DNA from: Paramoeba atlantica
Lineage: Eukaryota > Protista > Discosea
Direction of reading: 5' to 3'
Assembly: GCA_977017575.1 (NCBI GenBank)
Contig: CDRNVI010000029.1
Location: forward strand, 806,001 to 870,000
DNA length: 64,000 bases
Shown here piece by piece: positions 21,339 through 32,094 of the stretch (position 1 is the first letter of the stretch; each line of letters starts with the position of its first letter). The notes under the pieces were generated by a model. It was not told the origin of the DNA and searched no databases. It saw nothing but the letters and a program-made list of their open reading frames with translations. The translations under genes and the position numbers were made by a program.

Positions 21339-22310
21339 CTAAGTCGACTCGTGAAGCCTTTTATTCGCTTCGAGCAGCTTTTTCGCAATATCCGGAAAAT
21401 CTGTAATGAAGATATCAGTTAGCTCACGAAAAGTAAGCGAAATACGACGCGAGGAAATGTTGCTTGTCGCAATAGCATGTTTCCAATAGTATCGGCTTGG
21501 ACCTGAAAGAACGTATACGGCTCGTCTGGGAACCGTAATGCGAGCTACGTAAGAATCACGGACTTCCCTCTTACGCACTTGATTGACCCAAGATTCAGAC
21601 TCTGCATGAGTCAAAGACGAGTCCGAAGTATTTAGATTTTCGTGTTCCATCGTAAAAATGAGCTCCGTACCCGACAAAAGGTTGAATCCGACAATCCGTG
21701 GACCCCATGCCCACGTATCGTCCAGGTGTGGATCAATATGAGAGCCTCGAACGGGAGAATACTCTAGTGCTACCATCTCTGCTGCGCGAAAACCATGCAT
21801 AACATCCTTCACTGTACCATATGGCATACCAGAGGTCTCCGTAGCAGTTCCTGAATGCTTGAAGTTAAACTCATAATTATCCGGTTGAACAACCTCAGTA
21901 CAACTCGACAAACGTCGCAAAGCGTCACCCACGATACCTGGAATAGGTTCAAAGTCAGTGTCTAGCTTTGCTCTCCGACGCAAAAAGTTAATTTTCGGTC
22001 CAAAATCTTGTTTCCGGCGTCCGCTTTGTGATGGAGTCCAATTCCGCACTTTTGAAGCGTTTGTAATGGATTCATCCTTTGAGCAAGCAGATGATATGCA
22101 TGGTTGAAATAGAGTGTCTTCATTGTCAAGGAATTGTACTAACGATTTTTCTTCAGATAAAGTGAGAAAATCAGGCAGAAGAATTAATCCGGGAACATCA
22201 ACTGCATTGGTGGTATCAATTCTAGTTGGTTCATAAAGAGGACGCTTGTTACAAAGCTTACAAGACCGTATTCTTGTGCAACAACATGCCTCGACTCGGG
22301 ATGTTTCCAT
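21339..22310 (-). CDS. ALKBH4: AlkB homolog 4-like 2OG-Fe(II) dioxygenase
   Basis: CCCTRIRSCKLC; SQSGRRKQDFGPKINF; LEYSPVRGSHIDPHLDDTWAWG (HxD); WKHAI; RRISLTFRE. Confidence 0.93.
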   Translation of the reverse strand: METSRVEACCCTRIRSCKLCNKRPLYEPTRIDTTNAVDVPGLILLPDFLTLSEEKSLVQFLDNEDTLFQPCISSACSKDESITNASKVRNWTPSQSGRRKQDFGPKINFLRRRAKLDTDFEPIPGIVGDALRRLSSCTEVVQPDNYEFNFKHSGTATETSGMPYGTVKDVMHGFRAAEMVALEYSPVRGSHIDPHLDDTWAWGPRIVGFNLLSGTELIFTMEHENLNTSDSSLTHAESESWVNQVRKREVRDSYVARITVPRRAVYVLSGPSRYYWKHAIATSNISSRRISLTFRELTDIFITDFPDIAKKLLEANKRLHEST

Positions 22311-22806
22311 AGTAACCAATCTGTACGTGTTAGCTCCACTTGGATATTCTCTTGCTCCGGTTAGGGATACTATGAATACATTTTCCTATTGATTTAGAGA
22401 AATAGCCTATAATTTATTTATGAATTTACATCTTACTATAATGTAGCCTAGCACACTAAGACTTGGTGTACCACATCTTAGAGCCCTGCCTGTGACATCT
22501 TTCGAAAAGGCAATATTAATGAATCCTTCTAAAAGTATCATACAGTATAAAATGCTTTGCTTACTTTTACACTGTGCGGTATACTGTAATGCATTGTACT
22601 GGCTGCATGACTACCCTATGCAATGGTTGCTTTAGAAATATAATGCTTATAGAAAATGAGAACATTGACCAAAATCTTGGTTGCACTAGACAAAAAAGTC
22701 TGGATTACAAGTGCATTCGAATAGGATTAGTTCTACATACTACTATATGAACGTACTAGAGATCATGTGCTAGATATCGACGCTAGGAGAAATACCCCAC
22801 AGCCAC

Positions 22807-23961
22807 TCAAGTGCTCGGTTTTCGTCTCTTTCTTCCAATACCCTCTTCTACAGCTGTAATAGCATTCGGTGCAGTATCAGTAAAAGACAATGTACCCATT
22901 TTTGGTAAAGTAGACGATTCTTTCGGATCATTGGAATGATTTGGTGAGCTGAACGGTTCGAAACGACGCTTTTGGGCCGTTTTCATTTTTTCGGGAGGTG
23001 AATCGGCCGTTTCTAAAGATGAGTCTGTCCTCAGTGTCGCACTTGGCATGTCGCGCGCCTTGGATAACACATGAACCCATTCGTCACCCATCAATTTATT
23101 TCGCAAAACATTGTCTTTGAGTGGATTATCCAGCTCCCTTCCATGCTCCGGAGGTTCTGTGATAGAAGCGGGAAACGGCTCTCGATGCTTTGGGTCATGT
23201 ACCGCATATGCGTTAGGATCCGCCGTTGCTTTAAACTGTGCGAAGCGGGAGAGAGTATCGTTACCTCTTGCTTCATCATTTTTGTCGGACAAATGTTTGG
23301 TGGAAGACAATTCCGGTTTCGGAATGAACACGGGTGTCCTTACTACGCCAGCAATGTCACCACCTCTACGATCTCGGGCGGAAGCGATAGACGGATCTGT
23401 GCTGGCCATCTCGTCAATAGACTGCATGGAAGGCAGCGGGGCTGATATCCGGTAAAAAAGCATGTCCTTCTTTAGCACAAGATGTCGATCCATCCCGCTT
23501 CCTTCGCTGTGATGCCCAAGATTGTACAATTGTGCCAGTCGATGCAACTCTTTTCGATCGTAGCCGCTAAGATTTGACGGACAAACGTAGCTTGTTTGGG
23601 TGTCATCCTCCACAAATTGCGCAATGTGCTTTGACCAAAAATGTACAAAACGGGGTCTATCTTCTGCCACAGTAAGTTCATTTCTTGCCTTTACAAGTCG
23701 AATATCTTCGGAAGTAAGCTTCATGTACTGCGGCAGTAACTGTAACGTCTCCGGAGCAGTCAGCGCGGCCAAAGTGTCCACTCCATACATCGTACTTGTC
23801 GAAAAAGACTTCCCGTCGTGTTCCGTGCTAAAATCACCGCCATTTCTTTGCTGTTGCAGAGCACGTGCAGCCTGGGAAGCAGCAGATAGGAAATGACGCT
23901 GCTTGCGAACAACATCGCTTGCAGCTTTTGCCATTGCCAACACTTCGTCAGACGAATTCAT
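22807..23961 (-). CDS. R3H-domain single-stranded nucleic-acid-binding protein
   Basis: PSNLSGYDRKELHRLAQLYNLGHHSEGSGMDRHLVLKK (RxxxH); basic NLS-like tail RKRRKP. Confidence 0.82.
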   Translation of the reverse strand: MNSSDEVLAMAKAASDVVRKQRHFLSAASQAARALQQQRNGGDFSTEHDGKSFSTSTMYGVDTLAALTAPETLQLLPQYMKLTSEDIRLVKARNELTVAEDRPRFVHFWSKHIAQFVEDDTQTSYVCPSNLSGYDRKELHRLAQLYNLGHHSEGSGMDRHLVLKKDMLFYRISAPLPSMQSIDEMASTDPSIASARDRRGGDIAGVVRTPVFIPKPELSSTKHLSDKNDEARGNDTLSRFAQFKATADPNAYAVHDPKHREPFPASITEPPEHGRELDNPLKDNVLRNKLMGDEWVHVLSKARDMPSATLRTDSSLETADSPPEKMKTAQKRRFEPFSSPNHSNDPKESSTLPKMGTLSFTDTAPNAITAVEEGIGRKRRKPST

Positions 23962-24232
23962 TCAAGTAGTGGAAAAGATAATAAAATTCTTCACCCTTAT
24001 TATGGAGTGAAAAAGACTCTCTATGTCAATATCACATTTATTTATTTACGTCATATTATATGACATATTGATATGATGTACTCTATTTCTCATTGATTTT
24101 AATAAATGGCAAGTCACAAATTTTGAAAAACAGTTATGAAAATTCTAAAATTAATAAATTTAGTTTTTGTTCATAAAAATCTTTTAGAACATAAACGGGG
24201 GTACGGCTTAATGTACCGGGTACTTTTTTATA

Positions 24233-24274
24233 TACTGGGGGGGTATATTGGGTAGCGATTATACCCCCCCAGTA
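24233..24274. repeat. Perfect 15-bp inverted repeat with 12-nt loop, followed by 15-bp tandem units (gtattgccccttcat-like)
   Basis: tactgggggggtata (24233-47) / tatacccccccagta (24260-74). Confidence 0.9.
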
Positions 24275-24561
24275 TTGCCCCTTCATGTATTACCCCCATC
24301 ATGTATTGCCCCTTCTAACATTTTTGGTTTACCGCAAAAAAACATTGGAGCTAATACAGTAACTAACAAAAGTGTTCAAATGTTTTCACAAATTTTAATG
24401 TTTTTATATTTTACAAAAGAGATGCAGAGGATAATGCAGTAGTATATTACAGTAGTGTAGGCTGGAGTAGTGCTTACAATCCCACATACTTAGACTTCAT
24501 CAACGATCTTACTATAAAAAACTATGAAAGATAATGCGAGCCCAACACTTGAACACTTTTT

Positions 24562-25586
24562 TCACTTTTTTGAGATTATTTTTTTTTGACCAAAACTTTG
24601 CCTTACTTCACCCTTACCAAACCAAAATGACCAAAACTTAATACTTCGTAAGTCCCCCCTTCGCCCTAATTCTGCCTTCAAACGACGGGGCATGCTACGG
24701 ACAAGAGGAAGACATGCACTCGGAGGAAGGCCTGCCCACGCTTTTTGGGCGCGTCCCCAAAGTTCCAACATTCCTACGGGAGGATCTGGATGATCCGCAG
24801 TTGACTTTTTGAGCTCGCCCCACAGGTGCTCTATGGGATTTAAATCAGGAGACTGCGGGGGCCAGTCTAGGACACACAATTCTTGTAAATGAAGGAATTC
24901 CAGGGCCTTCTTACTCGTGTGCTTTGGATCATTATCTTGCTGGAAGATGATCCAGTCCTTCATGACTTCCAACTTGTGGAGGGAAGGAGACAAATCCTGT
25001 GAAGTATTCGAACGTACTGTTCAGCATTCATGTTGCCATGAACCAGAGCAATGGAGCCCACGCCGTGAAACATCATACACCCCCATACCGTGATGGATCC
25101 CCACCGTACTTCACGGTGCTGTGTGTATTTCGCTCTGAAAGTGCTTCCCCAAAGCTCACCCACGCCCACCTGCAGCCATTCGACTCGAAACGGCAGATCT
25201 TACTTTCATCAGTGAAAAGCACACGGCTCCAGTCGGCGTTCGTCCAATGCTCGTACTTCTTTGCAAAAGCAAGACGTAGAGCTTTGTGACGCTTCGTAAG
25301 GTGGGGTTTCCGTAATTTCTTCTTCCCCTTCAAACCACGCTACCAAAGGTAAACCCGAATGGTTTGGGGTGAAACATCTGCAACCCCCTCATCTCTCAAC
25401 CGTTTACTGGTAGCGACTGCATCCCTTAACAGGGCGACCTGTTTTCGGTTTGTTAACTAAGTTGGGTGTAATGTTATTTACATTTCCTACGCTCAATTGT
25501 AGATATAACGATACTTTCCGAATTGATAATCCGTTCTTTAGTTTTTCTATAACAAGCCTACGTAGATCACTGGGTGTACTGCGCAT
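24562..25586 (-). mobile_element. Tc1-family (DD34E) transposase pseudogene
   Basis: HTH-like MRSTPSDLRRLVIEKLKNGLSIRKV; RKPHLTKRHKALRLAFAKKYEHWTNADWSRVLFTDESK; TVKYGG/GSITVWGC; FQQDNDPKH..WPPQSPDLNPIEHLW with exactly 34 residues between D and E. At least two frameshifts plus an internal deletion; TIRs not confidently located. Confidence 0.95.
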
Positions 25587-25687
25587 AGTGCAATGAAACG
25601 CAAAGTAAATAACGAAAATCTTACTCCATTTACTGTACTTTTTATGCGCAGTACACCCAGTGATCTACGTAGGCTTGTTATAGAAAA
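25543..25687. repeat. Perfect 45-bp inverted duplication (55-bp spacer) of the Tc1 transposase start
   Basis: 25543-25587 is the exact reverse complement of 25643-25687 (tatgcgcagtacacccagtgatctacgtaggcttgttatagaaaa). Confidence 0.95.
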
Positions 25688-26054
25688 GTTAAAGACCGTC
25701 GCCGTCCCCTACGCCGGCCCTGCCTGCCGCCGTCCTCGCGCTCCTTCTGTCCATGCGTGAGTGACACCGCCCGGTATCGAATATAACAAGACACCAAACA
25801 ATTATTGGTGTTATTCGGAGTCTCTTTTTACCGGCCGCTGATAAAGTAATTGCCTGCTTTGCTACGCTGATTCGTCAGCGAAGTATATGAAGTCTATGGA
25901 AATATAGCATGGCTCACACAGCACAAAGGCAGAACAATTGGAAATTCTCCGGCGGCTACGTCCCCTAGTTGGATATAAAGCCTCATCTATCTATCTAAAC
26001 CTTCTTAACTGATGCAAAAAAGCCGACGCGAAAATCAGTATCCTTGAGAAGTTT

Positions 26055-26136
26055 TCTCATTGATTTTTATAATTATAATATAGTAAATATAAATTTTCAT
26101 TTTTCTTGTAAATTATATTTATAAAAATCAATGAGA
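26055..26136. repeat. 82-bp AT-rich foldback with 18-bp inverted ends
   Basis: tctcattgatttttataa / ttataaaaatcaatgaga; a similar tctcattgatttt occurs near 24087. Confidence 0.7.
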
Positions 26137-26491
26137 GGGAGACTGCATTATTCATGCATCTGTGCACAACGCCTTTTTTTATACCCGAAGCAAATATTCA
26201 ATGCAACTACTGGATAATTCTGAAAGAACCACTCTGAACTTTCGTTAAAGCGCAAAATCGTTGTAAGTTGTCCCAAAGAATCGCTTAGAGTTCCATTGTC
26301 CATTTTCCCCAATAATTGAACAAAGTATCAAAGATCGTTCTATGTATGTACTATGTATGTATGATAGTATTTGCAACAAAATTGCGTCAGGCAAGACATG
26401 TTAGAAAAGGAAGTATAAGACATTTATACAGAGTTACCACAATTAGTTATGATAAATTCGGTAAAGCCATTTAAGCGGACTCTTGTATGAG

Positions 26492-26875
26492 TTACGCTTT
26501 TGAATGCTTCAAGGAGTAATCATAAAGTTGTTCTAGAACACGTTCTTCGTTTTTATCAACACAGCGCTCAAAATCGTCAATAGTGGAAGAACAATGCTTC
26601 ATCAAATTAATCTTGATAGTGTTCAAATTGCTGTTCTTAGCATCAGGGCTATGTTCCCAGTCTACAGACATGGAATCTTGTGATCTTTCAGCCGAATACT
26701 TATTGTAGCATTGCGCAGCACGCTCCCATTCTTCCTTGCAGGGTTCATCTAATACTGGCGTATTACTCTGTATAACTTTCTGAAAGCTTTGGAACGAACG
26801 ACTAAGGTGGTCTTGTACAACTCGATACGTGTTTATCTCCGAGTCCAACGCGTCTATATCTAGTGAATCTGTCAT
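26492..26875 (-). CDS. Small twin-CX9C (CHCH-like) protein, probable mitochondrial intermembrane-space protein
   Basis: CKEEWERAAQC and CSSTIDDFERC are both C-x9-C; 127 aa. Confidence 0.6.
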   Translation of the reverse strand: MTDSLDIDALDSEINTYRVVQDHLSRSFQSFQKVIQSNTPVLDEPCKEEWERAAQCYNKYSAERSQDSMSVDWEHSPDAKNSNLNTIKINLMKHCSSTIDDFERCVDKNEERVLEQLYDYSLKHSKA

Positions 26876-27110
26876 TTAGTGAAAATTAAGGCTCATGTTA
26901 GTCAAAATTGTTGCGCTACAAAGTAATCCCATAAATTCTATATCGAAATACTGCGTTATGGTCGTAGTACTACATACAAGTTTTCATGTATTGCACTGTA
27001 TATATCAGTCGTAAGAACTGAAATTCAATTCACAGATGATATGCCATCAAACTAGCATAAAAGCTTCACTAAACGACTTCCTACGCGGTCTCAGACTAAC
27101 AATTCACATT

Positions 27111-30100
27111 CTATGCATAACTCACAAAACTCGATTCCAGGGAAGCTAAGGCCGCATCCCATGTCGTCCACTCAGGTATGATTCGACGAGCGGAGTGTAA
27201 CTTTGGCGTCTTCGTTAAAGGGTTATTGCAGAGATCTATCGTTTTAGCCCGTGCTTTGCTCCTATCATCACACCAAGTCTCGCACCAGAGCCATTCCTCA
27301 GGCAAAGAGAAGATCGGGACGACCTCCTGAACGTAGTTGGGCAAATCCTGATCCAGATTAGCTAAGCTATGCGATTCTCCTGCAAGGCTATCATAGATTG
27401 TGCGATACACATCTCCAGCTGTTCTCTCTCGAAAACGTGTAAGATCGACAACATAAATCGCGCTAATGTGATAATTTTTACCTTGTAGATGTGTTTTCCA
27501 AAAGCCGTGTTTCCAAAAACGAAACCCTTCGGTTTCCTTTCGAGCATTTTTGGTACAAAATGGAGTGTATCCCACTGCATGACCTTGTAAATCCATATTG
27601 TACAACTCTTGCACGTCAGATCGTATGACTTGATCGGCATCGACGAATATGATTCTTTGCACAGATAAAGGAAACAATACGTCAAGAAACAGAACCTTAT
27701 ATGCCCATATCAAACGCTGCTTTTCAGACTGGGCATGCAGCCAATCAGGCCATTTGTAAGTGACGAGTTCGTAGTCGCAACCAAAAGACTTGGCGTATTG
27801 TGGGAGAACCCTTTTAAAAGAAGGTGACAAAAAATTCTCTACAAGCCAGAATTTCACTCTAGCTTTTGTGTGATTCGTAAGAGTATACATCATCAGTCGA
27901 AGAAACCTCTCATAAAGAAACCCGGAAGCGATGCTGAATATATGTACCCTGGGATCATTTGTGGCAGGAACTCCCTTCACCCCTGAGTCGGAGTAAAACG
28001 GAGTTGTGGTGGCGTCCTTTCCATAACTTGCTTCACACCTTTCAACTTTAATTTCTAAGTGAAGATCCGAAAATTTGTCAATGGAAATAGAGAATGAGCT
28101 CCCTTTTACGTTCATATTGAACTCGGAACTCATGGACACATGTACTACGCGATATTTCTTGCTCCAATCTCCTTCTAGTATTGATATGGTCCATTTGCCT
28201 GGGCTCAGTTGCAACTGAAAGTAACCAAAATTGGACATCACAGTGGTATCGCGTGTTTCAGTAGTACCAGATTTTCGAGCGAATAATGGCAAACCTGGAA
28301 CTGGTTGCCCTGTGACACGATCCGTACATGAACCGGAAAGTACTAGAGAGCGTAGCTCGTACTGGACCTTTACAGATGATACTAAGCCATTTTCAAGGAA
28401 TATATTGTCCAAATCGTGGTGAGAGCGACTTGGAAAACTCAGCCAAGTTACGGGCTCCTGTACACTCATGGTGTATAAAACTGTTTTTGGCAAATCGTGG
28501 AACACAATGGGGGGATGTAAATTATCGTGAGGAACCCAGTCATAGTTGAAGGCGTATTCATAATACGCAGGTGAGGGTATTTCAAACATAATTCGTTTAG
28601 GATTCAGGAATATACGAAGTGATAGAGTAAATTTCTCGTAAAGAAGATTTGCCAGTACCAACAACTTAGACGCATCTGGAGAAAGAGGATTTATGATTGC
28701 CGAAATGGAGTGAAGACCATGGGATCGATTGTTGGGAGAAAAAGGTAATCCTGGAAGACAATCTGTATAAAAGATATCTCTGTCCCCATGCTTCCGTGCA
28801 TCTTTGTCCACGATGAGCGAAAAGACAGCACAAAACGCACTCAGAGTACCATTATTGACGTTTAGCCTATGTAAGATGCTGTTTAGCTGAGCTGAAAACT
28901 CTGGCGTAAATAACCGCAACAATTGTTCATTAAAAAGTGCAAAATCCTCCTTTGAAAAGAGAATCATCCCATCGTTGGATGTGCTCAAATCAACACAGCG
29001 ACCATTGGATATCAAAAAAGCAGGTAACGCACCGCAGACCTGAGCAGCGATTCTTTCATCCAATATGTAACGTGTATAATCGATTTTATCAGGGTGATCC
29101 ATATTATCCGGAAATTGCAGTGAAAAGTCATGAATTAGCGATTCTGAAAGATTATGTATTCGGGGTTTACTAGCGCTTGGGGTACTAGCGTCTGCCAAAT
29201 TCGACAAGTAGGCCTCTCTCAAATAGTTTGCTATTTTAAGTACTTTAGAAAAGCTTTGAGTCGAAAGAGCACTAGTTATCGCACGGATAGAAAAGTCTTC
29301 GCTGCTTCCTATAAAATAGAAGGCTACGCGTATCGCATTTTCATGCTCATTTCCATTTTTGAATGGAAAAGTGCCATTCACAATTTGTGATACTATACCA
29401 AGCAATGAGTCAATTCCTTGCAAAGTGCGAATGTCAGATACTACGATGTGTGACAAATTGAAAATTCGTGTATCTTTATCGTCGGAAATCCAATTGCCGC
29501 TCTGTAAAACACGTATGTAGTCATCAATACTCAAAGTCACATATTTCGGAGCTGTATACAATGCTGGTTGTAGATGTATTACAGAACCTAAATTTTTCGC
29601 AATGTTTGTTGCACTGTCTTTTGTCAAAGAGTTCAAAAGTCCCTTTTTAACCAAGGGTCGAAGGGCAACACGCTCCTCATCCACCGCTTTTGCAATGTCT
29701 AAATCCTTTGCCAGCGGATTTCCGTTCATGAAAGTAGCAGGCACTTCGTTGCCTCTTCCTGACTTTCGAACGTATTCCATCGCTTCTTTGTATGTTGCGT
29801 ACCATTTTCGATTTTTTAAAATTTTGGTCAACGAATGTGTAGTAAATGTGTTCAAAGTTGATACTATTAACGATTTATCTATAACGACGTTCTTTGTACC
29901 TGCCAGTTTATACAGGAATTTATAACCAAGCGTTGGATCAGATGCGTCGTTTTCGGAAAGAAAGAAAAAGCAAGAGATTATTATTTCTGCAAGCGAGACT
30001 TTACTTCTGGAGAGGCTCATATCATTTTCAACGTTTCTGATGTCTTCCATATCAAGGGTGATGGGCGCTGAAGTTTGTAGCTTGTGTTGATCTACAAGGA

Positions 30101-31795
30101 TAACGCCAAATCGGACGGGAAATGACTGCAAATACGCTTGCACAAGATGAGCAAGCGTTTGAAGACCTCCTCGGGTTGAAGGATCGAGAACTGCCACGTA
30201 ATTTATAATATTTTTAGACACAGCTTGAGGATTTTCACTTAGGATTAAGAGATTCGGATCAGAGGGTAAATTTTCTGTATTAGAATCACCTTCCAGATTG
30301 TTCAGCCATTGCACATATTTACCATTGATAAACCAACGAGGGATAGAAGAAGTCGATGGTTTAAAAGGAACACCCAAAAGACTCCTGAATAAGATTACAG
30401 CAGTATCACGAAAGCTGATATTGCTATGGCATTCTTCATCGTGAAGTTTCGTATCTTTGATACAAGCATGAAGAAGACGCATCAACTCATCGATAAGAGC
30501 ATGCTCTGCAAGCATAGCGCTACAAATTCGGAAAATGTCAATGTTATTAGCATAATACATTCGGTTGTTCAGTAAAAGCATAGATGCTCCATCGGCGACG
30601 TTATTAGTATCTTCCCTTGATTGATTTGGTAGCAATAGAGGACTGACCTGGCGTAAATCTACCCGCGACATTGCTTTCAAAGAATCTGGCAACCGAGAAC
30701 TAATGCGACGTAAAAAATGTTGAGGGTTCGTTGAAGACATTATCTGCGCACATGCCTTCATTCCCAAGTGTTGTATTTCCCAGGGACGTAAACGAGAAGA
30801 CCGGGGAATCGAAGCCTTCGTAATATTAGCAAGATGTTCTAGAAAATTAGGGAAAAAAACTGAGGAAATCTTTTGAAAAGCACATCAAGCTCAATTCCGC
30901 AAGCGATGTTGGTCACATTTCCGGTTCTGTCGTTTCCCATAGTTACATTCCTGGTGCTTTCATCTACAGCACGATATTCAGTACTTTTAATCGTCATTGC
31001 AGCTCCAAAGTTCTGGAGAGAAACATGTGCATCGCGCTCATCGGAGACTAGGTCACCTAAGAATGTGCTCTGGAATGTATAACGCAGTCGCTGCGGATAC
31101 TTTGCAAGAAGTCCTTGAATGGCGACATGGAATATGGCAGTTGATAGGTTTCCTAAACGACCATATAAAGTCATATTGTGAACTTTGTAACCATGGTTTA
31201 CATTTTCTATACAACCCGATTCAAAGTCATTGACCTCCTTTCGAGAAAGCATCAGAAAGCTCCCTTCAAGATCGTCAGGAGAAAAGACGTAATTTCCCTG
31301 ATCAAGTTCCACAAACGTTTGCATGAACATATCATGCCTTTCAACGATATTTTTGACTGGACCACTCGAGAACAGATCAAGAAAAATTCCTGCATTCGCT
31401 AGACCTTCCGTCTTTTCCTTAACAGGCTGACGCTGGGAAGCAATTTTTGGAGAATAAAAGCGGGAAGCCAGACACATTTCAAATAGATTTCGTTTTTCCA
31501 GGTCGTACGCCATCACAATATTACCCACTTCAACTACATGCTCCCAATGTGATTTGTATGAATTTCCTACACTTTTGCCCGACGCTACAATTATTTGTGA
31601 GCTTGTATCGATGAATTCCCTGGATATATTCGTGTTTGTGCAGAATTCGTAGGCCTCGTCAAGTACAGAAGTTTCTGTCCATGAGGAAAGTAAAGTTACT
31701 TCCACATCTTTGCAGGGGCAACAACAGAAAATTTGAAGGACTAATAGTAGGAATAGGTGTGATGCACCCGATGCTCTGCTGATTGAATGTGTCAT
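27111..31795 (-). CDS. UGGT: UDP-glucose:glycoprotein glucosyltransferase, split by one frameshift at about 30853-30859
   Basis: Signal peptide and KDVEVTLLSSWTETSVLDEAYEF in the upstream ORF; LRPWEIQHLGMKACAQI after the break; GT24 domain IFSIASGFLYERF..KQRLIWAYKVLFLDVLFP..FVDADQ..LDQDLPN..WLWCETWC. Adding one T at the T7 run gives one ORF of about 1561 aa. Confidence 0.95.
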
Positions 31796-32094
31796 CTTTC
31801 GCACTTTTCATGAATTCATTCTGTAATTCTACTGGTACATAATTGAATTGTATGAATTCATAAAAATCCTTCGTCTTCAACAACAAATATCCATTCCACA
31901 AGGAAATAAAGTGATCAAAATTTGACCAAACATGTTCCGTTTTTTTCGGTATCATGGAACTGTATTTCAATAGAGTAATAATGTAATGGTTTACCCAAAA
32001 CGAAAATTTGTGGGACGGTTTGCTCACATCTGAAGTGATGGTGATAGTAATAATAATGTTTCCAATTTTTATTCAATTTACTTGCTAATTTTAT

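Noticed and set aside
24350-25640. TIR pair for the Tc1 element (tacagtagtg.. near 24448 versus ..tttactgta near 25636)
   Set aside because: Match limited to about 7 bp; element boundaries cannot be called.
25620-25645. Spliced-leader RNA gene (tactgtacttttt resembles the SL 3' end)
   Set aside because: Only a short match; no AACTAA 5' end and no tandem array. No SL, tRNA or rRNA gene was recognised in the window.
30839-30860. 22-nt GT..CTAA..TAG mini-intron as the fix for the UGGT break
   Set aside because: Removing 22 nt gives the wrong frame with an immediate stop; a length of 2 mod 3 would be needed.
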